From an uncultured archaeon (GTDB lineage Archaea; Aenigmatarchaeota; Aenigmatarchaeia; CG10238-14; SCSR01), in contig CAZPVR010000001.1 of assembly GCA_964590365.1 (NCBI GenBank), positions 1 to 40,579 of the forward strand: 40,579 bases of DNA. Reading direction: 5' to 3'. This document shows positions 1-6,816 of this stretch, piece after piece. Under the pieces are notes generated by a model that worked only from the letters and a program-made list of their open reading frames with translations, was not told the DNA's origin and did not search any database. Numbering within the stretch: the stretch's first letter is position 1; every line of letters begins with the position of its first letter. The position numbers were made by a program, and so were the translations under genes.

Positions 1-14
1 TCCCACCGGGGGCG
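1..14 (+). tRNA. possible 3' end of a tRNA truncated by the window edge
   Basis: tCCCAC-CGGGGGC-g resembles a T-stem 3' strand plus a GC-rich 7-nt acceptor 3' strand. The layout matches ...tCCCAG-CGGGGCC-a of the tRNA at 1013..1085. The 5' part is outside the window. Confidence 0.3.
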
Positions 15-118
15 CACCTAAGGATACTCCTTTCTTTCGGATTTATTTCAAAAAATCCGTGCAGCCTTAAAAAATTTTCTTCCCAAATATAGTAAAGTAT
101 TTAAAGACGAGTTGGTAG

Positions 119-778
119 TTGTATTTTGTGAAATTGAATAGAATTATTTACGTTCAAAGGAAAAGTGAAGATAAATTTTTTGCGCCTATTCAAGTAATAG
201 ACTCTGAAAAATTTTTAGATAAAAAGGTATATAGGGTTGTAAGCAAGGAGAAAGTTTTCGAGTATGGAATATACAAAATGAACCCAAATGCTTGGTACGT
301 TTTGGGTAAAGATAAAGAAGCTCGCAAAATTTTTGGAATGTATTTAAACCGGCATCATCCATCCTTAAAAGACCTTTTCATAAGGGCTACTACAGAAGAT
401 CCACCACTATTCTTCTACCAAGAACATGAAATAAAAAGAATTCTTCTCGAGAAGTTCCATAATAACTTGGACTATGGAATCTTCGATGTAAAAGAGGGGA
501 AAATAGTAGTAAGGAGCATGCCCAACAAAGAAATTATTCATAAGCTGAAAAATATAATTGGGGAAATGAACGAGACTCCTGAACTGAGAATTTTTAGTAG
601 TAAAATTAAATCTATGATGGAAGAGACACAAAAACTTAAGAGAAAATTAAATATCCTTTCAGACCAGAAGAACAACCTCCTTTCTACTTCGCTTACAGAC
701 CCCGAACACTTACAAAAAATTGAGGAGCTAAAGATGATCGAAAAGAAGTTACTTTATTCCCCCTTATGGGTTGAGTGA
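119..778 (+). CDS. hypothetical protein (219 aa; TTG start as given by the ORF track, true start uncertain)
   Basis: Long ORF with non-repetitive composition and a Lys/Glu-rich helical C-terminus. No motif recognised. Confidence 0.5.
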   Translation: MYFVKLNRIIYVQRKSEDKFFAPIQVIDSEKFLDKKVYRVVSKEKVFEYGIYKMNPNAWYVLGKDKEARKIFGMYLNRHHPSLKDLFIRATTEDPPLFFYQEHEIKRILLEKFHNNLDYGIFDVKEGKIVVRSMPNKEIIHKLKNIIGEMNETPELRIFSSKIKSMMEETQKLKRKLNILSDQKNNLLSTSLTDPEHLQKIEELKMIEKKLLYSPLWVE

Positions 779-1012
779 ATTTTAATTTTTTGCAGTAGTG
801 TATTTCGCCTTTTTTCCCATTCTAAAACTTTCCCATAATATTTAGCGTTAACATCAACTCAAGCTTTCCTCTCTACATTCAAAGACAATTTACTTACTCT
901 TTTCATAATGTAAATCGGAATGCGAAGAAAAACAGAAGTGGCATCAAAGAAAAATATTTAACTGTCCCAAAAATCTTTTAAGTAAAAATACTTGAAAATC
1001 CAAATTATTTTT

Positions 1013-1085
1013 GGCCCCGTGAGGTAATAGGATAGCCTGGCTGGCTTCGGACCAGCTCGTCTGGGTTCGAATCCCAGCGGGGCCA
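1013..1085 (+). tRNA. tRNA-Arg (anticodon TCG)
   Basis: Hand-folded cloverleaf: acceptor GGCCCCG/CGGGGCC, D stem AGGT/GCCT, anticodon stem GCTGG/CCAGC with loop CT-TCG-GA, T arm CTGGG-TTCGAAT-CCCAG, discriminator A. No CCA is encoded. Confidence 0.85.
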
Positions 1086-1118
1086 TAAATTTAAAGTTTA
1101 GGTAACATAATTTTTTCT

Positions 1119-1952
1119 ATGAAAGATTTAGAAAATTATCTCTACAATACAGCAGTAGTAATTCATCATGGAGGGGAGGCTAAAAGACTTTCTACACTAA
1201 CAAAAGAAAAATTTCCAAAAGGGATGATAGAGGTTGGTATAAATTCCAGGCCTATATTTGATTGGGTCTTGGCAAAGTACGTTGATTCTGGAATAAGAAA
1301 GTTTTACATTACACTTTGGTTTGAGCCTGAGGCTGTGAAGAAAAGATGCAAAGAAATAGAAAATTATAGTGGCATAGAATTTAAATTCATAGAGGAGCCG
1401 AAAGACAGAAGGTTGGGAAGGGGAGGAGCGATAAAATTTGGAATAAAAGAAGGTATAATAAACGAAGATAACATCCTTTCAGTTAATGGTTCGGATATAA
1501 TAAATTATGACGTTAAAAAGTTCGTAAAATTTCATGTTGATGGATTGGATAAGTATTCAGTCACTATACTCGGTAGCCCTTATGACAAAAGCATATTTGG
1601 GAGGATCGAATGCGAGAAAAATGAGGTAAAAAGGTTTGTTGAAAAGCCTTTAATTAGGCTTAGAGAGGGAGAATACACAAATACAGGAATATTTTTGCTC
1701 GATAAAAAGGTGAAAGATCATTTGCTAAAAATAGAAAGTTATCCTTTTAACTTAGAAGATAATGTTTTCTTATCGGAGCTCCTAAAAAGAAATGAGGTGA
1801 GATGTTATTCTCCTGAAAAAGAAATAGTTCCAGGAGAAAATTGGGTTTACTTTAAGGACAAAAAAGATTATGATGGGTGGAAAAATTTGGATTTTGAAAA
1901 ATTCTTGGAAATTAAAAACATAAACAATTTATTGGGTCCGTATAAAACTTAA
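1119..1952 (+). CDS. sugar-phosphate nucleotidyltransferase (NTP_transferase family)
   Basis: The N-terminal VVIHHGGEAKRLSTLT...PKGMIEV resembles the GxGxRL...PK signature of RfbA/GlmU-type nucleotidyltransferases. The size (277 aa) fits. Confidence 0.7.
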   Translation: MKDLENYLYNTAVVIHHGGEAKRLSTLTKEKFPKGMIEVGINSRPIFDWVLAKYVDSGIRKFYITLWFEPEAVKKRCKEIENYSGIEFKFIEEPKDRRLGRGGAIKFGIKEGIINEDNILSVNGSDIINYDVKKFVKFHVDGLDKYSVTILGSPYDKSIFGRIECEKNEVKRFVEKPLIRLREGEYTNTGIFLLDKKVKDHLLKIESYPFNLEDNVFLSELLKRNEVRCYSPEKEIVPGENWVYFKDKKDYDGWKNLDFEKFLEIKNINNLLGPYKT

Positions 1953-1976
1953 ATTTTAAATACAAATTTTATTTGT

Positions 1977-2065
1977 GCCCCCATCGTCTAGTCCGGCCAA
2001 GGATACGAGCCTCTCGAGCTCGGGACGCGGGTTCAAAGGCTAAGCTGAAAATCCCGCTGGGGGCA
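1977..2065 (+). tRNA. tRNA-Glu (anticodon CTC) with a 14-nt intron in the T-loop (position 59/60)
   Basis: Acceptor GCCCCCA/TGGGGGC, D arm GTCT-AGTCCGGCCAA-GGAT, anticodon stem CGAGC/GCTCG with loop CT-CTC-GA, T stem GCGGG/CCCGC. The T-loop is 21 nt instead of 7. Confidence 0.8.
2038..2051 (+). other. non-canonical tRNA intron (BHB motif) in the tRNA-Glu T-loop
   Basis: The outer helix is the T stem. The central 4-bp helix is UUCA (2032..2035) with UGAA (2046..2049). The 3-nt bulges are AAG (2036..2038) and AAU (2050..2052). The inner element is GC-UAA-GC. Cutting after the second nucleotide of each bulge leaves the canonical T-loop UUCAAAU. Confidence 0.7.
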
Positions 2066-2076
2066 CAAGCTTCTTG

Positions 2077-2235
2077 TTAATGTCGAATGTATAATTCCTC
2101 AGCAATTCCGCATATCCTCGAATATTTTTCCATATCCTCTTTATTTCTAAGAACTCTTTTAACTACTGAACAATAAAGTTCTGTTGGGTTCTCAGGATAT
2201 GGAATGCATGCATTACACTTTTCGCATTCTGGCAT
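2077..2235 (-). CDS. small Cys-rich ORF (52 aa, below the ORF-track cutoff), last ORF of the Ubl cassette
   Basis: My translation is MPECEKCNACIPYPENPTELYCSVVKRVLRNKEDMEKYSRICGIAEELYIRH*. It has an ATG start, begins 15 nt after the stop of the 278-aa ORF, and has a CxxCxxC...C...C pattern. No Shine-Dalgarno sequence seen. Confidence 0.25.
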   Translation of the reverse strand: MPECEKCNACIPYPENPTELYCSVVKRVLRNKEDMEKYSRICGIAEELYIRH

Positions 2236-2250
2236 AAAATTATTTTGTAA

Positions 2251-3087
2251 CTAAAACTTATTTCTTTTTCTCATTTTCCTTAAATAACCTTCTATTTCAT
2301 TCGAAAAAAGGAAAAAGTTTAAAAGGAGTGGCCAGTCGTAAACAAATTCTTCAACAATTTCCCTCGAATTTAAAATTTGTGTAAAAAATTTTAAGTTGTG
2401 ATTTGTGGGATAATAGCTATAAATTTCGATGCTGGCAGTGGGAGGAGAAAAATTAGTTTTAGCAGTAGAATATAAAAGCTTTGCTGAGAAGAAGAGAGAA
2501 TAGTAAGAAAAAAACAATTCGGGCATGATTTTATAAGGTCCTACCAAATCTCTTTTTACTCCAAGCATTAAGTTTATTTCCGAATAATTCTTCCCTTCAG
2601 AACATTCTTTCGAAATTTTATTTACCAATTCTTCCATATCCTTTTCGTTCCAATTTAAAAATTTTTTGAAGTTGTAATCCAATTCATCGCTAGAAAAGGA
2701 TAATCTTAAAGATGAGAGCAAATCTCTTTTGAAAGATTCTTTAATTTGGCTCACATGGAATTTTATTGAACTATCTTTTAATTTTCCTACTAAAAAACCA
2801 AACCATTGACTTGAAGGTTTTATCTCCTCTTTAGGCTTTTTTTCCAAAATTTCTTCCAACGCACTTTCAAAAGATTTATCTTCTTTTAAGGAAGGTTTGA
2901 AGAGCGAAGAAATTTTAATTATATCATTCCCCAAATTTTCTGCATCCCTCTCTCTTTTTCTAACCTCAACGTAGAATTTTCTGCAGAATCCCTTTAAAAC
3001 CTCTCTCTTATCTTCCACAATTAAATTTTGTAAATTAATCTTTTCTAATTTTTTGGAAGAAAATCTTGTTTTTTGAATTCGATTCAT
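2251..3087 (-). CDS. hypothetical protein (278 aa), fifth gene of the Ubl/E2/JAB/E1 cassette
   Basis: ATG start overlapping the E1-like gene by 53 nt. Charged N-terminal half and an aromatic/hydrophobic C-terminal third (FFSYYSLFFSAKLLY...WPLLLNFFLF). No recognisable motif. Confidence 0.6.
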   Translation of the reverse strand: MNRIQKTRFSSKKLEKINLQNLIVEDKREVLKGFCRKFYVEVRKRERDAENLGNDIIKISSLFKPSLKEDKSFESALEEILEKKPKEEIKPSSQWFGFLVGKLKDSSIKFHVSQIKESFKRDLLSSLRLSFSSDELDYNFKKFLNWNEKDMEELVNKISKECSEGKNYSEINLMLGVKRDLVGPYKIMPELFFSYYSLFFSAKLLYSTAKTNFSPPTASIEIYSYYPTNHNLKFFTQILNSREIVEEFVYDWPLLLNFFLFSNEIEGYLRKMRKRNKF

Positions 3088-4375
3088 ACCTTATTATCCC
3101 ATCAAAAGGCTCGCCATATCTTTCATCCAGAATTTTTAAAGTTTCGCTTGCTGAAAGAGCAGATGCTATTATATTAGTTGTTACTATGCTCGGATTCCTT
3201 TCCCATGCGCAGGATGCTCTCTTTACTTTAATAAGCCTACTTATTCCTAAAACTTCGTCCAAATCAGAAGTTTTTCCTGGATAAGTTGTTACAACGCGTG
3301 CAGAATCAAACGTTACACCACTGCTCACATAAGGAATTTTAAATTCAAGCGATTTTTTCAGAATTTCATACCTACTTTCAAAGCTGTCAACCCCTTCAAC
3401 TATGACGTTAGCTTTTTTAATAACAGAATCGTCCAATTCCTCAAATCTTTTCGCATAAGCTTCTATTTTCAACTTCGGATTAATTTTCTCCAGCCTTTCC
3501 TTCCCAACTTCAACTTTTCTTCTTCCAACGCTGCAATAGAAAAGCCATTGTCTGTTTAAATTAGTTGGTTCTATAAAATCAGGGTCCACTATGCTCATTT
3601 CCTTAACTCCTAAACATGCATAAACAGGGCCTTCCCAGCATCCTCCTGTTCCGAATCCTGCCATTAGAATGTTGGAATTCCCCATCCTTGGTTCTTCTGG
3701 AGGATTTTCAAACAGCTGGAATTCAAATTCTTTTTTATCATAAGCCAAATCGTCCTTTAAAGGATTGAAGAATTTTCTTACTTCATCTGCAATTATTCCG
3801 GCAGCAAGCTCAGCAGTTACTATATTTTGTTTTTTATTCTCAAAGTAGCTGAAATCAGGATTGCTATTTGAATGAAAATTGAAAAATATTTTTATTTTAC
3901 TTTTATCACAGCTCGCGCTTATCAAAGGCTTTCTGTTTTTGTTCGAGAATTCTACAATTTTCTCCTTAATTTTCAAATCGTTTGTTGCTTCTACTATTAA
4001 ATCTTCTCCGCCCAAAAAAGTTTCCATTCCTTCATAAAGCCAGTTCACTCCTTTTATGCTTAAATTAGGGTTCATTCTTTTTCCTATTTTTTCCAAGGCT
4101 AAAACTTTTTCCTCTCCTATCCTTGCTTCAAGATAGAAAGGATATTTTACTTTTTCTTCGCCTCTAACCTTCCCATTTCCAAAAATCATTATCCAACCGT
4201 TCTCTCTTTCATGCCCAATTCCCAATCCAGCAAAAGCAGCGAGCAAGAATTGAGAAATATAATCGCACCCTATTAAAGAAATTCTTGCTTTCTTAAGATT
4301 TCTTTGTTTCCAGCCTTTTATTCTTTCCTGCCTATCATAGATGTTTGCCCCATATAGGCATTCTTTCCAGCTCAT
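3035..4375 (-). CDS. E1-like (ThiF/MoeB/UBA-family) activating enzyme with a degenerate N-terminal and an active C-terminal adenylation domain
   Basis: The N-terminal YDRQERIKGWKQRNLKKARISLIGCDYIS..LGIG is an E1-type start with a degenerate G-loop. The second domain has ILMAGFGTGGC (GxGxxG), VDPDFIEPTNLNRQ (DxDxxExxNLNRQ), VGRRKVEV, VEGVDSFESR and a candidate catalytic Cys in KRASCAWERNPSIVTTN. Confidence 0.8.
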   Translation of the reverse strand: MSWKECLYGANIYDRQERIKGWKQRNLKKARISLIGCDYISQFLLAAFAGLGIGHERENGWIMIFGNGKVRGEEKVKYPFYLEARIGEEKVLALEKIGKRMNPNLSIKGVNWLYEGMETFLGGEDLIVEATNDLKIKEKIVEFSNKNRKPLISASCDKSKIKIFFNFHSNSNPDFSYFENKKQNIVTAELAAGIIADEVRKFFNPLKDDLAYDKKEFEFQLFENPPEEPRMGNSNILMAGFGTGGCWEGPVYACLGVKEMSIVDPDFIEPTNLNRQWLFYCSVGRRKVEVGKERLEKINPKLKIEAYAKRFEELDDSVIKKANVIVEGVDSFESRYEILKKSLEFKIPYVSSGVTFDSARVVTTYPGKTSDLDEVLGISRLIKVKRASCAWERNPSIVTTNIIASALSASETLKILDERYGEPFDGIIRYESNSKNKIFFQKIRKD

Positions 4376-5207
4376 TCAACCTCCTTTGAATTCTTGAAGT
4401 GGAGTAAACAATCCTTTCTTCCATATTCCTTCTTAAATCTTCTTCATCAATTTCTTTGCAATCTTCCAAAATTTCCATCCTTACTCTTTTTGCGCTTATG
4501 GGATAAGGCCCGCATCCTGGGCAAACGGGCTGGTATATTACTTCGGAATACCATTCCTTTGCCCTATTCATAATCATATAATAAGCATAATTTATGACCA
4601 AATTCAGCTTTAAATCCATAAAAGCATCCTTAAGCTCATCTTCTAAAAACTCGAACCCAACCATTTTCAATATCCTTTTAATCCTATCAAACCTAGTTCT
4701 TCTTTCAGCAAACCTTAATTCAACTTTTTCTAAGTAGTTTGATGGGATTTTAAGGCTTAATTTTTCCCCATCCTTACTTACTCCCTCAACCTTTCCGCTA
4801 ATAAGGGTTATATAGCAAGATTTCTTCAAAGGGCTGGCGCTTAATATTCTTGCTCTCTCCTTAATTTCCTCGTCTTTTGAAGAAGAAAATGCAGGAAATA
4901 TTCCATGATAATGAAATTCGCCTACAGCATCAAAGCCAAAAAGCTCTAGCTCTTTAGCTTTTACGATCTCTGAAATTGGCCTTAAATCAACTGAAGAATA
5001 TGTTGTTGATTGAAAGGGAAGATAAACATCCGTTATTATATCCTCTTTTTCAGCTTTTGGTTTAATTAAGCAACATCCAAACTCCCTCCCTCCAAAAAAA
5101 TTCTCAGAAATTTCAGCATACTTCACAATTTTTTGTAAAGCACTCTTCCTCATTCTCACAACTTTAAACTCCTTATTAATTATTCTCTCCAATTCCTTCT
5201 CAAACAC
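4335..5207 (-). CDS. JAB/MPN (JAMM) metalloprotease with an extra C-terminal domain of about 150 aa
   Basis: Exact JAMM signature H99-Y-H101-GIFPAFS-S109-SK-D112 (HxHx7Sx2D; nt 4872..4913) with an upstream Glu in GGREFGCC. Overlaps the E2-like gene by 8 nt and the E1-like gene by 41 nt. Confidence 0.8.
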   Translation of the reverse strand: MFEKELERIINKEFKVVRMRKSALQKIVKYAEISENFFGGREFGCCLIKPKAEKEDIITDVYLPFQSTTYSSVDLRPISEIVKAKELELFGFDAVGEFHYHGIFPAFSSSKDEEIKERARILSASPLKKSCYITLISGKVEGVSKDGEKLSLKIPSNYLEKVELRFAERRTRFDRIKRILKMVGFEFLEDELKDAFMDLKLNLVINYAYYMIMNRAKEWYSEVIYQPVCPGCGPYPISAKRVRMEILEDCKEIDEEDLRRNMEERIVYSTSRIQRRLNELERMPIWGKHL

Positions 5208-6384
5208 TTAGCACAACCTTCCTCTTAACGTTAGTTATAGGAATCCTTTCTTTGCTTATTTCCTCAAAACTAAATTTTTTAAATTCTTCATGCGTAATAT
5301 AAGTTCCATGGCTTATAGTAGAAGTTACAAGACCTCTTACCCCATTAATCAGCCAAAGCGCAATGTGCAATCCTCTTACCTTTAAATCAGAATCGTTAGC
5401 AGGAATTTGGCCTGTTTTAATTAAATAATCAACGCCGAAATCCCCAAAACATATTTCTAAATTACCACTCTCCTCCCAAACATGAGGATGCTTATAGGGC
5501 TTCGACATCCTCGGCATGGTATAAGTTAAATCGCTTCTTACCCTTATCTCTATCCTCCCTTTTCCAAAAACATGATAAACTGGTTTTTTATCCTCTTCTG
5601 AGCAAAGCCCGCAGTACAAGGCATATTTTTCAGGAGTTTCTGCATATATTTTGTAAGATTTGGACGATTCTCTTATTATACCCCTTCTCAACTTTTCATG
5701 CATAGCATTAAACTCCTCTATAGCCTTACCCAAGGCCTCGAATTCTGATTTTGGAGATTTTCTAACTTCCTCCAAAACTTGAGAAAAGAAAAACCTTCTT
5801 ATAGCCTTATCATATTCCTTACTCATTTCCTCAAAAGAATTTTCAAATTCTAAGAAGCAATATTTAACACCGTCTATGCTTACATGAATCTGGTCTTCCC
5901 CTATACTACTTTCTTCAAGCTTATAAATTCTTGGCCCTCCTATGTTCAGAAGGGCAAAAACATCCAAATCATAATCTCTATAATCGAGCATCCTTTTCCA
6001 TATGCTTTTTTCTCCCTCTTTCTCTTTTTCTACCTTTCTCCTTTCTTCCCTGAAAGTTGGATATACACCAAAATTAGGTATTACATTATAAACTATGAAC
6101 CTTCTTAATTCCAACTCCTCTTCATCAAATCTACTTAAATTTCCTTTTCCCAAAATTTCCTTAATCTTTTCTTCCTTCCATGCTTTAATATGAGAGGAAT
6201 ACTTTGTTTCATACAGTTTTTCTAAATTGGAAATTGTATCTTGCTTCCTCAAATAATGTGTTTTCTTAAGCCGGATATAGCTTGAAGAAGGTTCTTTAGT
6301 TATTCCAAAAATATCCTCATAACTAACAACTAAGTTTACTCCCCTTCTGGCAAGTTCAAAGAGAAAGTTGGACGGTAATTCCAT
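5200..6384 (-). CDS. E2 (UBC-fold)-like conjugating-enzyme domain fused to an uncharacterised N-terminal region of about 240 aa
   Basis: The C-terminal region reads ...YTMPRMSKPYK-HPH-VWEESGNLEIC-FGDF. This matches the E2 HPN flap followed about 10 residues later by the catalytic Cys (H299-P-H301, C312; nt 5449..5490). It is preceded by beta-meander-like segments (YKIYAET, YALYCGL, VYHVFGKGRIEIRVR). Confidence 0.65.
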   Translation of the reverse strand: MELPSNFLFELARRGVNLVVSYEDIFGITKEPSSSYIRLKKTHYLRKQDTISNLEKLYETKYSSHIKAWKEEKIKEILGKGNLSRFDEEELELRRFIVYNVIPNFGVYPTFREERRKVEKEKEGEKSIWKRMLDYRDYDLDVFALLNIGGPRIYKLEESSIGEDQIHVSIDGVKYCFLEFENSFEEMSKEYDKAIRRFFFSQVLEEVRKSPKSEFEALGKAIEEFNAMHEKLRRGIIRESSKSYKIYAETPEKYALYCGLCSEEDKKPVYHVFGKGRIEIRVRSDLTYTMPRMSKPYKHPHVWEESGNLEICFGDFGVDYLIKTGQIPANDSDLKVRGLHIALWLINGVRGLVTSTISHGTYITHEEFKKFSFEEISKERIPITNVKRKVVLSV

Positions 6385-6387
6385 CCT

Positions 6388-6780
6388 TCACCTCATCTCT
6401 CCTGCAGGCGCTATTAAAACATCTGCATAATAACAAATTCTTTCCTTCCCTTCAATCTCTTTCTTAGCTTTACCTCTTACATAATCGAAAATGTTTTTTC
6501 TTGGATCTATATTATACTTTTCGTTCACAATTATCTGATAATCTCCCGACTCAAGAAGGCTTTCAATTAAATTTGCCACACTCTTTTCCTTAATATCTTT
6601 AACATCCTCTAAGCAAAAATTTATAACATCCTCAACACTCATTCCTTTTGCTTTTTCTGAGTCAATCAGTTTTTTAATCGAATCTTCCCTTCCAAATCTT
6701 TTTAATTCCACGTAAAGAGGTATTCTCTCCTCGAACAATTCTCTCTCTTCTCTTCTTATAGCCCTTGGTAAATATTCCAC
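6388..6780 (-). CDS. small protein (130 aa), first gene of the cassette; candidate ubiquitin-like modifier (function speculative)
   Basis: GTG start; its stop lies 3 nt before the E2-like gene. It occupies the position held by the Ubl in Ubl-E2-JAB-E1 operons. The C-terminus ...CYYADVLIAPAG-EMR has a Gly three residues from the end. No GG terminus. Confidence 0.35.
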   Translation of the reverse strand: MEYLPRAIRREERELFEERIPLYVELKRFGREDSIKKLIDSEKAKGMSVEDVINFCLEDVKDIKEKSVANLIESLLESGDYQIIVNEKYNIDPRKNIFDYVRGKAKKEIEGKERICYYADVLIAPAGEMR

Positions 6781-6816
6781 TTTTTAAATTTGTTCTTCAA
6801 AAAATTAAAATTTTAG

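Noticed and set aside
38-59. Inverted repeat CGGATTT-N8-AAATCCG just after the putative truncated tRNA
   Set aside because: It could be a small hairpin, but archaeal termination relies mainly on T-tracts. There is no conservation or context to support a function.
779-1012. 234-nt intergenic gap before tRNA-Arg as a possible ncRNA (C/D box sRNA, SRP RNA or RNase P RNA fragment)
   Set aside because: I could find no C/D box pair (RUGAUGA...CUGA), no extended helices and no recognisable conserved RNA motif by eye. It is left unannotated.
3035-4375. Interpretation of the E1-like gene as a housekeeping MoeB/ThiF/UbaA sulfur-carrier activase
   Set aside because: It is translationally coupled to an E2-like and a JAB gene, it has a fused degenerate second adenylation domain, and there are no MoaD/MoaE/ThiS/ThiG-type neighbours. 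This is not fully excluded without profile searches.
2251-6780. Interpretation of the E1/E2/JAB genes as a type II CBASS (Cap2/Cap3) module
   Set aside because: No CD-NTase or cyclic-nucleotide effector gene is in or near the cassette. The E1 and E2 are separate polypeptides rather than a Cap2-type fusion.
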